Shown here: one piece after another, positions 1 through 11,381 of the stretch
How the letters are laid out: every line of letters begins with the position of its first letter
Numbering within the stretch: the first letter of the stretch is position 1
NCBI GenBank assembly: GCA_963815115.1
Contig: CAWFFN010000009.1
Span: 1,824,001 to 1,888,000 of the forward strand
DNA: 64,000 nucleotides
Reading direction: 5' to 3'
DNA from: an uncultured delta proteobacterium
GTDB lineage: Bacteria > Desulfobacterota > Binatia > DP-6
Position numbers and translations under genes: made by a program
Notes under the pieces: model-generated
Databases searched by the model: none
What the model saw: the letters and a program-made list of their open reading frames with translations, nothing else
Told to the model about the DNA's origin: nothing

Positions 1-79
1 GGTGCGGGCGTGGTACATCGCGCGCCGGCGCGCGCTCCTGATGGGCCGGCCGCTGCCCGACGGCGGAGGACAGTAGTCC

Positions 80-1522
80 TCAGGCGTGGAGCGGGGCCCG
101 GCGCTTGGCCCAGGACGCGGCCTCCTCGAGCTGAGCGGCGACGGCGAGCAGCACGTCCTCGCGCCCGTAGGCGGCGACCAGCTGCGCTCCCACGGGAAGT
201 CCCTGCGACGTCCAGTGGAGCGGCAACGAGATCGCCGGCTGGCCGGACATGTTGAAGGGCAGCGTGCAGGCGCCATAGGGCGCCGAGCGCAGGAAGGCGC
301 GCAGGGGATCGTCGGGCGTCGAGCTCAGGTAGCCGATCTCCGGCGGCGGTGCGGCCTGCGTCGGTGTCACGAGCAGATCGAACCCACCGTCCCACCACGA
401 CGCGAGCCGCCGCCCGAAGGCGTGCACGTACTCGATCGAGGCGAGGAGCTCCGGCGCGCTCGTCGCGCGCCCGCGCTCGACCAGCGCCCAGGTGAGCGGC
501 TCGAGGTCGGCCTCGGCGACCGGACGCCCGACCTTCAGTCCCCAGGACTCGACCGCGCGCGCCGTGTTGCTGGCGACCACCGAGACATAGGCGAGGACGC
601 TCTCCGGCTCGTCGAGCGCCGCGGGATGGGCCAGCTCGACGTGGTGGCCGAGATCGGCGAGCAGCGTCGCGGCGCGGTCGGCGGCGGCGAGACACTCGAT
701 GTGCGTCTCGATGCCGCGCGGGGCGCCGCGCAGCACGCCCACGCGCAGCCGCGCCGGCGGCTGCGCGATCGCGCTCGCGAACGGGCGGGCCGGCGGCTGC
801 GCGAAGTAGGGATCACCCGGCATGGGGCCGGCGGTGACGTCGAGCAGCGCGGCGGTGTCGCGGACGCTCCGCGTGACGACGAACTCGGCCGAGAAGCTGC
901 TCCAGCGCTCTCCCAGCGCGGGCCCGAAGGAGTTGCGACCCCGCGTGGGCTTGAGCCCGACGAGCGCGCACATGCTCGCCGGCCCGCGGATCGATCCTCC
1001 GCCGTCGCTGGCGTGCGCCGCCGGCACGATGCCGGCCGCCACGGCGGACGCGGCCCCGCCGCTCGAGCCGCCGGCGCTGTGCTTGAGGCTCCAGGGATTG
1101 CGCGTCGCGCCGTAGGCCTCCGGCTCCGTGGTGGGCAGGAGGGCCAGCTCGGGCGTGTTGGTGCGGCCGAGCGACACCAGGCCCGCGGTGCGGAAGCGGC
1201 GCGTGAGATAGGAGTCCTCCCGCTCCCTCCAGCCCGCGTCGCGCAGGAAGCGCATCCCGCAGTGATAGGGCGCGCCTGCCTCCGTGCCGCCGATGTCCTT
1301 CATCAGGAACGGAACGCCGCGGAACGGTCCATCCGCCAGGTCGGGTGCCGAGGCGGCCGACAGGGCGCGCTCGAGTGCGGGGTGGATCACCGCGTTCAGC
1401 CGGGGGTTCAGGTGCTCGAGCCGCGCGACGGCCGCCTCGACCAGCTCGCGCGGCGAGACGTCTCCACGGCGGACCAGCGCGGCCTGCGCGGTGGCGTCGA
1501 GGCTGGAGAGATCGGTGGCCAT
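80..1522 (-). CDS. Amidase signature family protein
   Basis: GVPFLMKD (catalytic Lys), GGSSGG and [14 protein letters not shown] signature; C-terminal GLPVGAQLV. Start placed at ATG 1522 (MATDL). Confidence 0.93.
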   Translation of the reverse strand: MATDLSSLDATAQAALVRRGDVSPRELVEAAVARLEHLNPRLNAVIHPALERALSAASAPDLADGPFRGVPFLMKDIGGTEAGAPYHCGMRFLRDAGWREREDSYLTRRFRTAGLVSLGRTNTPELALLPTTEPEAYGATRNPWSLKHSAGGSSGGAASAVAAGIVPAAHASDGGGSIRGPASMCALVGLKPTRGRNSFGPALGERWSSFSAEFVVTRSVRDTAALLDVTAGPMPGDPYFAQPPARPFASAIAQPPARLRVGVLRGAPRGIETHIECLAAADRAATLLADLGHHVELAHPAALDEPESVLAYVSVVASNTARAVESWGLKVGRPVAEADLEPLTWALVERGRATSAPELLASIEYVHAFGRRLASWWDGGFDLLVTPTQAAPPPEIGYLSSTPDDPLRAFLRSAPYGACTLPFNMSGQPAISLPLHWTSQGLPVGAQLVAAYGREDVLLAVAAQLEEAASWAKRRAPLHA

Positions 1523-1558
1523 GGGCTCGTGTAGCACAGATCGCCGCCCCTGCGTGTC

Positions 1559-2230
1559 TCACCCGAGCGGGACGCCCACGGCCGCGCACACGATCCAGCC
1601 CGCGAAGCCGACGAACAGCGGGATGGTGAGGTTGTCGTCGAGCCGCAGCGGGACCATCTCGAAGGACGTGGCCGCTAGCGCCAGCAGGAACGATGCGCCG
1701 GCGACGGTCGCGTAGGATGCTCCGGTCGCGAAGAAGAGCACGACGAGCGAGACCACCAGGGCGGCGAGGAAGAAGGCGAGCGTGCCCTCGACGGTTCGGT
1801 GCGGCGCGATCTGCCGCCGGCCCCAGGAGATGCCGACCATGGCCGCCAGGGGATCGGCGATGGCCAGCGTGTAGATGGCGATGAGGGCGACCGGCTTGGG
1901 AAAGGTGAGGATCGTGAGCAGGGTCGCGATGGCGTAGGGCGTCATCGCGGATTCCTTGAACTGCTCCTCGGCGCGGAAGAACAGGCGGTTCAGCAGGGGC
2001 ACGCGCCGCGTCACCTCGGGATAGTGAATGCGAATGCGATCGAGGATGTACACCAGGCAGGCGATCGTGCCGAAGAGATGCACGACCTGCTGGTGCGTGA
2101 AGAGCAGGGCGTAGGCCGAGGCGACCGTGACGCCGTTCGCCAGATGGATGAGGCGGCGTCCGAGCTGCAGATCCTTGCGGGTCGCCGTCGGACCATCGAT
2201 GGCCACCGCGGCGTCGTCGGCAGTCTCCAC
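1559..2230 (-). CDS. Dolichol/phytol kinase-like (cytidylyltransferase family) membrane protein
   Basis: RRLIHL, ADPLAAMVG, RTVEGT and DDNLTIP motifs; several hydrophobic segments. Confidence 0.8.
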   Translation of the reverse strand: METADDAAVAIDGPTATRKDLQLGRRLIHLANGVTVASAYALLFTHQQVVHLFGTIACLVYILDRIRIHYPEVTRRVPLLNRLFFRAEEQFKESAMTPYAIATLLTILTFPKPVALIAIYTLAIADPLAAMVGISWGRRQIAPHRTVEGTLAFFLAALVVSLVVLFFATGASYATVAGASFLLALAATSFEMVPLRLDDNLTIPLFVGFAGWIVCAAVGVPLG

Positions 2231-2313
2231 GGCGCGATGGTGACGCCCTCGCGGCGCGCGTGCAACGGGCCGGCGCTTGACGCAGCCGCGAGCCCTGCGC
2301 TCACTGGCGCCTC

Positions 2314-2506
2314 ATGGCAGATGCCCTCTTCGAGCGCGACGGCTCCCGCTTCGTGCCGACCGAGCTCGCGCGCGGGCCCTGGACGCCGGGCGCGCTCCAC
2401 GGCGGTCCGCAGCCGGACGGTATCGGCCTCGCGGAGAGCCGGCTGTGGGACCGTGACGGGCGCCTGGGGCCGTGCGGTGCAGAGCCTGCTGATCGACCGA
2501 CACTGA
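2314..2506 (+). pseudogene. Internally deleted thioesterase-family (TesB-like double hot-dog) gene remnant
   Basis: N-terminal MADALFERDGSRFVPTELARGPWTPGALHGG joined directly to C-terminal-like QPDGIGLAESRLWDRDGRLG / RAVQSLLIDRH* with a frameshift near 2468; the middle of the protein is missing. Confidence 0.65.
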
Positions 2507-2581
2507 GTCGCCCGCGGGTTGGCCCGACCAGGCCGCGGCTGGTAGAAGAGGCGCCCGCCGACACGGAGGACGAGAGCCACC

Positions 2582-2842
2582 ATGCCGAAGAAGATCGCGA
2601 AGAAGGATTTGCCGTCGCCCGATGACGTGGCGACCGCCAAGCCGCTCGTGGAGAGGCTGGACAAGCGTCGGACGACGCTCGCGGCCGCCCGCACCGCTGC
2701 CACCAAGGACGGGGTGGTGGTGAAGCACGAGCCGAAATACCGGACGGCCCGCAAGAAGCTCAAGCGGGCGCAGCGCCGCCTGCGGGTCGAGCTGATCCGC
2801 GCCTCGGGCCAGATGAAGAAGGCCCCGCCCGCCGAGTCGTAG
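2582..2842 (+). CDS. Small Lys/Arg-rich hypothetical protein
   Basis: 86-aa ORF with GGAGG upstream and GC3-rich codons; predicted helical and basic. Confidence 0.65.
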   Translation: MPKKIAKKDLPSPDDVATAKPLVERLDKRRTTLAAARTAATKDGVVVKHEPKYRTARKKLKRAQRRLRVELIRASGQMKKAPPAES

Positions 2843-2867
2843 CGCGCGCGCCCGGGGCGCCTCGGCC

Positions 2868-4706
2868 TCAGGCCACGTGGCGGCCGCTGTCGGGACCGAC
2901 GGCACGGATCAGGGCCTCGAACTCGATCGATTCCAGGGTCTCCTTGTCGAGAAGCGCCTTGGAGACCCGATCGAGCAGCGCACGCTTCTCGGTGAGCAGC
3001 ACGGTCACCCGGGCGAGCCGTTCGTCGAGGATGTGCTTGACCTCGGAGTCGAGCGCCTGCGCCGTGGCCTCGCTGTACTCGCGTTGCTCGGGGAGCAATC
3101 CGGCCCGGTCGCCGAGGAACGCCGGGCCGCGCCGGCGCGGGAAGGTCATCGGCCCGAGGGTGTCGCTCATGCCGTACTCGAGCACCATGGACCGCACGAT
3201 GTCGGTGGCGCGGTCGAGGTCGTTGGAAGCCCCGGTCGAGATCTCGTCGAAGACGATCGACTCCGCGGCACGGCCGCCGAAGAGGACGTCGACCCGCGCC
3301 TCCAGCTCCTTGCGGGTCATCAGGTAGCGGTCGTCCGTGGGCAGCTGCTGGGTGTGGCCGAGCGCCCCGATGCCACGCGGGATGATCGAGATCTTGTGGA
3401 CCTTGTCCGCTCCCTCGGTGAAGGCCGCGACCAGTGCGTGACCGCTCTCGTGGACGGCGACGATCTCGCGCTCGTGCGGATTGATGAGCCGGCTCTTCTT
3501 GCGCAGACCGGCCACCACGCGATCGATCGCCTCCTCGAAGTCGCTCATGTCGACCTCGGTCTTGCGGCGTCGGGTCGCGAGCAGGGCGGCCTCGTTCACC
3601 ATGTTCGCCAGGTCGGCGCCGACGAAGCCCGGCGTGCGCTGGGCGAGCACGCCGAAATCCACGCTCGCCGCGAGCTTCACGCCCTTCGCATGCACCCGCA
3701 GGATGGCCTCCCGTCCGCGCCGGTCGGGCCGGTCGAGCAGCACCTGACGATCGAAGCGGCCCGCACGCAGCAGCGCCGGGTCGAGCACCTCGGGACGGTT
3801 GGTGGCGGCGAGGATGATCACGCCCTTGGCGGTGTCGAAGCCGTCCATCTCGACGAGGAGCTGGTTGAGCGTGTTCTCGCGCTCGTCGTGACCGCCGACG
3901 ACGCCCGCCAGGCCGCGCGCCTTGCCGAGTGCGTCGAGCTCGTCGATGAAGACGATGCAGGGCGCCTTGCTCTCGGCCTGCGCGAAGAGATCGCGTACGC
4001 GGGCGGCGCCCATGCCGACGAACAGCTCGACGAACTCGGAGCCGCTGATCGAGAAGAAGGGGACGTCGGCCTCGCCGGCGACGGCCTTCGCGAGCAGCGT
4101 CTTGCCCGTGCCCGGAGGGCCGATCAGCAGCACGCCCTTCGGCAGCTTGCCGCCGAGCAGCTTGAACTGCGCCGGCTCCTTCAAGAACTGGATTATCTCC
4201 TGCAGCTCCTCCTTGGCCTCGTCCTGCCCGGCGACGTCGTCGAACCTGACGCCGGTCTCCTTCTCGGCATAGATGCGGGCGCGGCTCTTGGTGAACGCCA
4301 TCACGCCGGCGCCGGGCCCCATGCGCCGCATGGCGAGTGCCCAGATGCCGACGAAGACCACGGCGGGCAGCACCCAGGAGACGATCGCGTTCAGGACCGG
4401 GCTCTCGTACTGGCCCTCGTAGAGCACGCCCTGCTTCTGCAGCTCGGGCACCAGCTCGTCGTCGGTCACGCGGACGGTCACGAAGCTCTTCTGGTCGCCG
4501 GCGTGCTCGGGCTTGACGGTGCCGCGGACGAGCGTGTCGGAGAGCACGACCTGCTCGACCCAGCCCTTGCCGAGCATGTCGCGGAACTCGGAGTACGGGA
4601 TCTGCTTCGCCTGCGGCGAGAGCAACGTCTGGAGCCAGAAGAGCGCGATCGCGGCAAGCATGAAGTAGCCCACCGAGAAGGTCTGACGGCGAGGCACGGA
4701 CGGCAT
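2868..4706 (-). CDS. ftsH: ATP-dependent zinc metalloprotease FtsH
   Basis: Two TM segments, Walker A GPPGTGKT, Walker [34 protein letters not shown] zinc motif; GGAGG RBS. Confidence 0.97.
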   Translation of the reverse strand: MPSVPRRQTFSVGYFMLAAIALFWLQTLLSPQAKQIPYSEFRDMLGKGWVEQVVLSDTLVRGTVKPEHAGDQKSFVTVRVTDDELVPELQKQGVLYEGQYESPVLNAIVSWVLPAVVFVGIWALAMRRMGPGAGVMAFTKSRARIYAEKETGVRFDDVAGQDEAKEELQEIIQFLKEPAQFKLLGGKLPKGVLLIGPPGTGKTLLAKAVAGEADVPFFSISGSEFVELFVGMGAARVRDLFAQAESKAPCIVFIDELDALGKARGLAGVVGGHDERENTLNQLLVEMDGFDTAKGVIILAATNRPEVLDPALLRAGRFDRQVLLDRPDRRGREAILRVHAKGVKLAASVDFGVLAQRTPGFVGADLANMVNEAALLATRRRKTEVDMSDFEEAIDRVVAGLRKKSRLINPHEREIVAVHESGHALVAAFTEGADKVHKISIIPRGIGALGHTQQLPTDDRYLMTRKELEARVDVLFGGRAAESIVFDEISTGASNDLDRATDIVRSMVLEYGMSDTLGPMTFPRRRGPAFLGDRAGLLPEQREYSEATAQALDSEVKHILDERLARVTVLLTEKRALLDRVSKALLDKETLESIEFEALIRAVGPDSGRHVA

Positions 4707-4754
4707 GAACCCCTCCTCCAGCTCAGCCTGCCGGCTTCGCGCTTTCTTGGCTAG

Positions 4755-4879
4755 TAGGTCGACCCGAGACTCCGTCTCGGGTCGAAGACGGACGCGAGCG
4801 TGCGGCGTCCGGTGGGTTCAGCAAACCTCAAGCTCCCCCTCCGCGCCGGCCCGAGACGGAGTCTCGGGCCGGGGTCCAC
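4755..4879. repeat. REP-like inverted doublet (REPIN/BIME-like)
   Basis: GTAG-G-TCGACCCGAGAC-TCC-GTCTCGGGTCGA (4755-4785) and an inverted copy CCGGCCCGAGAC-GGA-GTCTCGGGCCGG (4846-4872) with a GTGG foot on the minus strand; 19-bp core CCCGAGACTCCGTCTCGGG shared. Confidence 0.7.
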
Positions 4880-5592
4880 GACTCGTGCAGGCCGCACTCG
4901 CGCTTGAGCCCGAAGAAGCGGGTCTCCTCCTCGGCCACGCCGTCGGTGAGCTTGGCCGAGGTGTGCCAGTCGCCGATCGACACGTAGCCCTCCACCCAGA
5001 GCGGGTGGTAGGGCAGGTCGTTGCGCGTCAGGTAGTCGTAGACGTGCTTGTCGTTCCAGTCGACGATCGGGTGCACCTTCAGGAAGCCGTCCTGGAGGCC
5101 GAGGACCGACAGGTGGCGCCGCGTCTCGGCCTGCGCGCGACGCAGCCCGACGATCCAGCCGCGCGCGCCGAGCTCGTCCAGAGCCCGTTGCATCGGCTCC
5201 ACCTTGTTCATGTGGTTGTAGCGCTCGATGGCCGCGAGTCCCTGCTCCCAGAGCTTGCCCCAGCGCGCCTCCTGCCACGCCGGGCTCCGCTCCGCCCGGT
5301 AGACCTTGAGATTGAGGCTCAGGCGCTGGGTGAGCTCGTCGATGAAGCGGTAGGTCTCCGGGAAGAGATAGCCGGTATCGACCACCACCACCGGGATCTC
5401 GGGCCACTGGCGAGTGACCATGTGGAGGAGCACCGCTGCCTGGGCGCCGAAGCTGGAGGAGAGGACGATGTGAGGCCGCAGCCGGTCGAGCGCCCACGCC
5501 ACGCGGGCCTCGGCCGGGGCGTGCTCGAGCTCGGAGTTCCCGGCCTCGAGGTCGATGTCGGTGACGTCCAGGGGAGGGGATCGCAGCAGCAC
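4828..5592 (-). CDS. cysH: Phosphoadenylyl-sulfate (PAPS) reductase
   Basis: [28 protein letters not shown] and ECGLH motifs; lacks the CC/CxxC cluster ligands of APS reductases. GTG start at 5592 is uncertain. Confidence 0.92.
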   Translation of the reverse strand: MLLRSPPLDVTDIDLEAGNSELEHAPAEARVAWALDRLRPHIVLSSSFGAQAAVLLHMVTRQWPEIPVVVVDTGYLFPETYRFIDELTQRLSLNLKVYRAERSPAWQEARWGKLWEQGLAAIERYNHMNKVEPMQRALDELGARGWIVGLRRAQAETRRHLSVLGLQDGFLKVHPIVDWNDKHVYDYLTRNDLPYHPLWVEGYVSIGDWHTSAKLTDGVAEEETRFFGLKRECGLHESWTPARDSVSGRRGGGA

Positions 5593-5647
5593 GCAGACAT
5601 GTATACGCACGGCCGCGGCCAGAGCCAGGGACGCCCGTTGGCGCCCG

Positions 5648-5675
5648 TTGACATCTTGGCAAACGGACACAGTCT
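5648..5675 (+). promoter_or_regulatory. Sigma-70-like promoter, probably giving a leaderless lon mRNA
   Basis: TTGACA-N16-CAGTCT with the ATG 7 nt downstream and no Shine-Dalgarno sequence. Confidence 0.4.
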
Positions 5676-5682
5676 GCCCAGC

Positions 5683-7968
5683 ATGGCCGCCACCTACAGG
5701 CTGATCCCCCTCGACGACACGGTGGTATTCCCGCAAATGCAGGTGACGCTACCGGTGGACGTCGGGACCGAGTCCCGTGTCTTCCTGGTCCCCCGCCATG
5801 GCACCGACTATGCCCACGTGGGGGTCGTCGCAGACGTGGTCGAGCGCATCCAGCTTCCCGGCCCGGCCCGCGCGGTGAGCCTTCTCGGGGTCAACCGAGC
5901 CGTTGCGGGCGCAGCGCGCGCCGGGCGCGACGGCGAGCTGCGCGTCGAGGTCGAGGAGCATCCCGACGTGACCCCGCCGCGGAGCCAGACGCGCGATCTG
6001 GAGCGCGAGTATCGCGCCGTCGTGGACGAGATTCTCGAGCTGCGCGGCGACGACGGCCGGGTGCGCGCGTTCGTCCGCTCCATCGCCGAGCCGGGCGCGC
6101 TCGCCGACACCTCGGGCTACTCGCCCGACCTGAGCTTCGCCCAGAAGGTCGACCTGCTGCAGACGCTCGACGTGGTGGAGCGCCTCCGCATGGCCCTCGG
6201 CTTCCAGCGCGACCGCCTCGCCGAGCTCCAGGTGCGCAAGCGCATCCGCGAGGACGTCGAGTCGGGCGCCCAGAAGCAGCAGCGGGACTACTTCCTGCGC
6301 AAGCAGATGGACTCCATCCGCAAGGAGCTCGGAGAGGACGAGGCCTCGGTCGCCGACGAGTACCGCACCAAGATCGCCGAGGCGGGCATGCCCGATGCGG
6401 TGCGCGAGCAGGCGGAGCGCGAGCTGCGCCGGCTCGAGCGCATGGGCGATCAGAGCGGCGAGTCGTCGATGATCCGCACCTACCTCGACTGGCTCATCGC
6501 GGTGCCCTGGGCGAAGCGCTCCGAGGACCGGCTCGATCCGGTCGAGGCGCGGCGCGTCCTCGACGCCGACCATGCCGGCCTCGACGACGTGAAGGCGCGC
6601 ATCACCGAATACCTCGCCGTGCGCAAGCTGCGCGCCGAGCGCGGCGTGCCGGACGACAAGCGCTCGGGTGTCATCCTGACGCTCATCGGACCGCCCGGAA
6701 CCGGCAAGACCTCCATCGGCGAGTCGATCGCCCGGGCCACGGGCCGCAGCTTCGTCCGCATGTCGCTCGGCGGCGTGCGTGACGAGGCCGAGATTCGCGG
6801 ACATCGGCGCACCTACATCGGCGCGCTGCCGGGCAGGCTCGTGCGTGCACTGCGCGACGCCGGCACCATGAACCCGGTCATCATGCTCGACGAGGTCGAC
6901 AAGATCGGCGCCGATTGGCGCGGCGATCCGTCGTCGGCGCTCCTCGAGGTGCTCGACCCGGCCCAGAACCACTCCTTCCGCGACCACTACCTCGACGTCG
7001 AGGTCGATCTCTCGCGCGTCCTCTTCATCGCCACCGCCAACGTCGCCGACACCATCCCGGGACCGCTCCTCGACCGCATGGAGATCCTCCGCTTCGACGG
7101 CTACACGATGGACGAGAAGGTCCACATCGCGCGCGGCTACCTCTGGCCGCGTCAGGTGGAGCGCAACGGGCTGCGTCCCGACGAGGTCTCGATCGACGAC
7201 GAGGTGCTGCGTACGGTGGTCACCGAGTACACGCGCGAGGCCGGCGTGCGCCAGCTCGAGCGCGAGCTCGGCACGTTGCTCCGCAAGATCGCCACCCGCA
7301 CGGTGTCCGGCACGGCCACCCCCCCGGTGGCCGTCGACCTGGCGCTCGTGCGCGACGCGCTCGGGCGGCAGAAGTTCTTCCAGGAGTCGATCGAGCGCAC
7401 GGCCGTCCCCGGCGTGGCGACGGGTCTCGCCGTCACCGGCACGGGCGGCGACGTGCTCTTCGTCGAGGCGGCGTCCATGCCCGGCAACGGCGGCCTCGTG
7501 CTCACCGGGCAGCTGGGCGACGTCATGAAGGAGTCGGCGCGCATCGCCCTCACCTGGGTGCGCAGCCATGCGGTCGGGCTCGGCATTCCGGACGCGGCCT
7601 TCGAGGGTCGCGAGTTCCACCTCCACGTACCCGCGGGCGCCATTCCCAAGGACGGCCCGAGCGCCGGCATCACGATGACGACCGCGATCGCCTCGCTGCT
7701 CACGGGCCGGCCGGTGAAGCACACCGTCGGCATGACGGGCGAGGTGACGTTGCAGGGCCGCGTGCTTCCCATCGGCGGCGTCAAGCAGAAGGTGCTCGCG
7801 GCGCACGCGGCGGGGCTCCGCGAGGTGATCCTGCCCGAGCGCAACCGGGGCGATCTCGACGACGTGCCGGCCGACGTCCGGCAGCAGATGCGCTTCCATC
7901 CGGTCAGCACCATCGACGAGGTGCTGGCGCTGGCGCTCGAGGACGAGACGGCGAAGCTCGCGGCCTGA
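5683..7968 (+). CDS. lon: ATP-dependent protease La (Lon)
   Basis: [12 protein letters not shown]-domain, [34 protein letters not shown] (catalytic Ser), PIGGVKQK (catalytic Lys). Confidence 0.97.
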   Translation: MAATYRLIPLDDTVVFPQMQVTLPVDVGTESRVFLVPRHGTDYAHVGVVADVVERIQLPGPARAVSLLGVNRAVAGAARAGRDGELRVEVEEHPDVTPPRSQTRDLEREYRAVVDEILELRGDDGRVRAFVRSIAEPGALADTSGYSPDLSFAQKVDLLQTLDVVERLRMALGFQRDRLAELQVRKRIREDVESGAQKQQRDYFLRKQMDSIRKELGEDEASVADEYRTKIAEAGMPDAVREQAERELRRLERMGDQSGESSMIRTYLDWLIAVPWAKRSEDRLDPVEARRVLDADHAGLDDVKARITEYLAVRKLRAERGVPDDKRSGVILTLIGPPGTGKTSIGESIARATGRSFVRMSLGGVRDEAEIRGHRRTYIGALPGRLVRALRDAGTMNPVIMLDEVDKIGADWRGDPSSALLEVLDPAQNHSFRDHYLDVEVDLSRVLFIATANVADTIPGPLLDRMEILRFDGYTMDEKVHIARGYLWPRQVERNGLRPDEVSIDDEVLRTVVTEYTREAGVRQLERELGTLLRKIATRTVSGTATPPVAVDLALVRDALGRQKFFQESIERTAVPGVATGLAVTGTGGDVLFVEAASMPGNGGLVLTGQLGDVMKESARIALTWVRSHAVGLGIPDAAFEGREFHLHVPAGAIPKDGPSAGITMTTAIASLLTGRPVKHTVGMTGEVTLQGRVLPIGGVKQKVLAAHAAGLREVILPERNRGDLDDVPADVRQQMRFHPVSTIDEVLALALEDETAKLAA

Positions 7969-9080
7969 TCACGCCTGGGGCGCGCCTGGCAGCGCGCCCC
8001 AGGACGGCAGCGGCACGCCGTCGGCGATCGCCTCGGCGACGAGCTGCCCCACCCGGACGCCGAGCGCGACGCCGTGACCCGCGCAGCCCGCGTTGACGAT
8101 CACGCCGGGCGCGTCCGGCAGCCGGCCGAGCACCGGCGTCCGCTGCGGAGTGAACGCGATCGGTCCGCCCCAGCGCGCGACGATCTCGGCGCCGGCGAGG
8201 ATGCGGTGGAGGCGCGTGATGCGCTCCTCCAGGCGCGCCAGCACGGCCGTGCCTTCCGCACCGTGCAGCGCGACCCGTGACACGTCGGCGCCGTGCACGA
8301 GCCCGGCGCCCGAGGACGAGACGCCCGTCGGCGGTCGCGCGGCCCCAGAGATACGGCAGGTCGGCGGTGTAGAACGGGATCGCGTCGCCGACGCCCAGCT
8401 CGGCGAGCGCCGCGGCGTCGAGTGGCGCCGTGCAGATGGCGAGCGTCAGGGCGGCGCCCAGGGGAACCCGCAGCGCCAGCAGCGTCGCGGTGTAGGCGTT
8501 GAGCGCGACGACCACCTGATCGGCGTACAGCGTCCCGCTGGCGAGGCGCAGGCACGTCGGGCGACCCGGCTCGATCGCGAGTACGGCGGCATCCTCGTGC
8601 AGGCTCGCGCCGGCGACCCCGCGCGGCGCGGCCGAGCCCGGCCACCAGGGCTCCGGGGTCGATCGTGCCGCCCGGCACCGTGTCCGCGACGCACAGCCAC
8701 GCGTCGCCGTCACGCCAGAGCGTGCGCCGCGCGCCGGGCTCGGCGCGGTGGGCGAGCTCCCAGCAGCCGTTCAGGCGGAGGCCGCACTCGATGTGCTCTC
8801 GCGCGACGACCGCGGCGAGCGCGGCGAGACAGTGCTCGACGCGCTCCAGCGGACCGACGGCCGTGCCTTCGAGCACGATCCCGCCGGTGCGACCGCTCGC
8901 GCCGGCGCCCAGCCGGGATGCCTCGAGCAGCACGACGCCTACGCCACGCCGCGCGAGGTGATAGGCCGCCGAGAGGCCGGCAAAGCCGCCGCCGACGACG
9001 GCGACGTCACAGCGCGCGGGCAGGGGAGTGGACGCGACCTCCAGGTCGACGTGCCACGGCGGCTGGCCCCAGTCCGGCAT
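7969..9080 (-). CDS. FAD-dependent oxidoreductase (DAO/PuuB-like), broken by about 2 frameshifts
   Basis: DVAVVGGGFAG, GASGRTGG and C-terminal GCAGHGVALG found in three different frames, shifting near 8625 and 8310; TGATG coupling to the upstream AKR gene. Confidence 0.82.
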
Positions 9081-9925
9081 CAGAGCGTCGCTACGCCGCG
9101 CCTGCGGCCGCGGCGCGGAAATGCGGCGTCGAGGCGCGCCAGGTCGTCGTCCGTGAGCGCGAGGGTCCCCGCCGCGGCGTTGTCCTCGACGTGAGCGACC
9201 CGTCCCGCCTTCGGGATGGCGAACAGCGACGGGCGTCGCACGAGGAAGCGCAGCGCCACCTGGCGAGGCGTGCTGCCGTGGGCGGCCGCGATGCCGGCCA
9301 GGAGGCGGCCGCCGCGACTCGCGGCGGCGGGAAAACGGCCCGAGCCGAACGGGCTGTAACCGACGACGGCCACGCCGTGTGCCTCGCACCACGGCAGCAC
9401 CTCGTGCTCGATGGAGCGCTCCGCGAGATGATACAGGACCTGGTTGCAGGCGATGCGCCCGGCGCCCCCGACCGCCGCGGCCTCCTCGAGCCCGTCGACG
9501 TCGAAGTTGCTGAGGCCCCAGGCGCGGATCTTCCCGGCTCCCCGCAAGCGCTCGAAGCCCGCGATGGTGTCTGCGATCGGATGCGAGCCGGGCCAGTGCA
9601 GCAGGTAGCAGTCGAGATGGTCGGTCCCGAGCCGGCGCAGGCTGCGCTCGCAGGCGGCGACGGTGCCGGCCGCCGATGCGTTGTGCGGGCGCACCTTGGA
9701 CACCAGGTAGACCTGGTCGCGGCGTCCCGCGATCGCCTCGCCAACCACCTCCTCGACCCCGCCGCTGCCGTACAGCTCCGCCGTGTCGATGTGGACGAGG
9801 CCGAGATCGAGCCCGCGCCGCAGCGCGGCGAGTGCGCTGCGCCGATCGGTCTTCTCCAGCATCCACGTTCCCTGACCGATGGCCGGCACCGTAGCGCCCG
9901 TGCCGCCGAAGGACCGGCATTCCAT
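9080..9925 (-). CDS. Aldo/keto reductase
   Basis: IGQGTW, IDTAELYG, LVSKV, DCYLLHWP, GLSNF, NQVLYHL; AGAGGAG RBS before ATG 9925. Confidence 0.93.
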   Translation of the reverse strand: MECRSFGGTGATVPAIGQGTWMLEKTDRRSALAALRRGLDLGLVHIDTAELYGSGGVEEVVGEAIAGRRDQVYLVSKVRPHNASAAGTVAACERSLRRLGTDHLDCYLLHWPGSHPIADTIAGFERLRGAGKIRAWGLSNFDVDGLEEAAAVGGAGRIACNQVLYHLAERSIEHEVLPWCEAHGVAVVGYSPFGSGRFPAAASRGGRLLAGIAAAHGSTPRQVALRFLVRRPSLFAIPKAGRVAHVEDNAAAGTLALTDDDLARLDAAFPRRGRRRGVATL

Positions 9926-10008
9926 GTCTCCTCTTACCGTCGCCTCGCGCCCGCCGCGAGCCAGCCGCGGTTGCACGGCGTGATGGCCTGCGCTAGCGCC
10001 CCGACTGC

Positions 10009-10452
10009 ATGGCTCGCGTGGTCGGAATTGCCTGCCTCCTCGCGCTGGTGCTCGCCGCGTGCGCGCACCAGCGCAACCGGGTCCGCGAGGGGATCGTGCC
10101 CACGCGCGCGCAGCAGATCGCGGAAGGCCAGCGCGCCTATCTCCGGGCCTGCGCCTCGTGTCACGGGACGGACGCGCGGGGTGACGGGCCGGTGGCGCCG
10201 ACGTTGAAGGTGCCGCCGCCGGACCTGACGCGGTTGGCCAGCCGCCACGGCGGCCGCTTCCCGCGCGAGTACGTCGTCGACGCCGTCACCGGCACGGCAC
10301 CGATCGCGGCGCACGGAACCTCCGACATGCCGGTCTGGCGACTCACGTTCGGTCCCACGAGCTCGGGAGCCGCCGCGGCCGCGGCGCTGCGCAGGCGGCG
10401 CTGGCTCGATGGCCTGGTGGACTATCTCGAGACGGTGCAGGAGGTGTCATGA
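10009..10452 (+). CDS. Monoheme cytochrome c, probably a lipoprotein
   Basis: Signal peptide ending LAAC; CASCHG heme motif; GDGP...PPDLT and HGTSDMPVW (Met ligand). Confidence 0.87.
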   Translation: MARVVGIACLLALVLAACAHQRNRVREGIVPTRAQQIAEGQRAYLRACASCHGTDARGDGPVAPTLKVPPPDLTRLASRHGGRFPREYVVDAVTGTAPIAAHGTSDMPVWRLTFGPTSSGAAAAAALRRRRWLDGLVDYLETVQEVS

Positions 10453-10871
10453 TCACGGCGACACGGCGCATCCAGTTCGCGGCGGGGCACCGCGTCTTCG
10501 GGCACGAGGGCAAGTGCGGCTGGCTTCACGGCCACAACTTCGTCGCCTTCCTCACCGCCGCCGCCGCCGATCTCGACGCGGTCGGACGGGTCATCGACTT
10601 CGGCGTGCTGAAGGCGCGCGTCGGCGGCTGGGTGGAGCGCGAGTGGGACCACGGATTCCTCGTCTGGGAGCAGGATGCGGAGGCACGCGGCGCGCTGGCA
10701 CGGGTCGACGGCCAGAAGGTCTACGTGCTGCCGACGAATCCGACGGCCGAGAACGTGGCCGATCATCTGCTGCGGGTGGTCGGGCCCGACACGCTGGCCG
10801 GCACCGGGGTCCGGCTCGTGAAGGTGACCCTGTACGAGACCGAGAACGGGCTCGCCGAGGCCACGCTCTGA
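10449..10871 (+). CDS. queD: 6-carboxytetrahydropterin synthase (PTPS/QueD family)
   Basis: AGHR, CGWLHGH, VIDFG, WDHG, NPTAEN, LYET motifs; ATGA overlap with the cytochrome c gene. Confidence 0.85.
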   Translation: MITATRRIQFAAGHRVFGHEGKCGWLHGHNFVAFLTAAAADLDAVGRVIDFGVLKARVGGWVEREWDHGFLVWEQDAEARGALARVDGQKVYVLPTNPTAENVADHLLRVVGPDTLAGTGVRLVKVTLYETENGLAEATL

Positions 10872-10915
10872 GCGCGCGGGTGGCCTCGACGTGCGCGGCG
10901 CGCTAGGAGGGCGCG

Positions 10916-11365
10916 ATGTCCGAAGACACCGCGCTTCTCTCCCCGGAGCCGCTGGACGGCTGGGATCGGGCACTGGGCCTGCACATCGTGAGCGCCTCGC
11001 GCGACGAGGTGGTGGCCGAGTACGTCGTCGAGCCGCGGCACCATCAGGGGTACGGGATCGCGCACGGCGGGGTGCATTGCAGCGCGGTGGAGTCCGTATG
11101 CTCCATGGGGGCGGCGATGGACGCCATGGCCCGCGGGCAGTCCGTCGTCGGTCTCGAGAACCACACCAGCTTCGTGCGCGCCGTCCGTTCCGGCCGCGTG
11201 CGCATCACCGCCACGCCGGTGACCCGCGGCCGGCGCTCGCAGCTGTGGGAGGCGGTGGCCCGTGACGAGCAGGGCCGCATCGTCTCCTCCGGCCGGGTCC
11301 GGTTGCTCTGCCTCGAGGCCGGCTCCGACCTGGCGGGCGAGCCCGTGGCCGTGAAGCGCGACTGA
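10916..11365 (+). CDS. PaaI family thioesterase
   Basis: HQGYGIAHGGVHCSAVE and hot-dog-fold C-terminus (GRRSQLWE). Confidence 0.9.
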   Translation: MSEDTALLSPEPLDGWDRALGLHIVSASRDEVVAEYVVEPRHHQGYGIAHGGVHCSAVESVCSMGAAMDAMARGQSVVGLENHTSFVRAVRSGRVRITATPVTRGRRSQLWEAVARDEQGRIVSSGRVRLLCLEAGSDLAGEPVAVKRD

Positions 11366-11381
11366 CGCGCGCCCGGGCCGC

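Noticed and set aside
4705-5682. 326-aa N-terminal extension of Lon in the ORF track
   Set aside because: It is antisense to cysH; Lon homology starts at ATG 5683.
7969-9080. Programmed frameshifting in the FAD oxidoreductase (also DUF4394)
   Set aside because: No slippery heptamer seen; sporadic indels across the window are better explained by sequencing error or decay.
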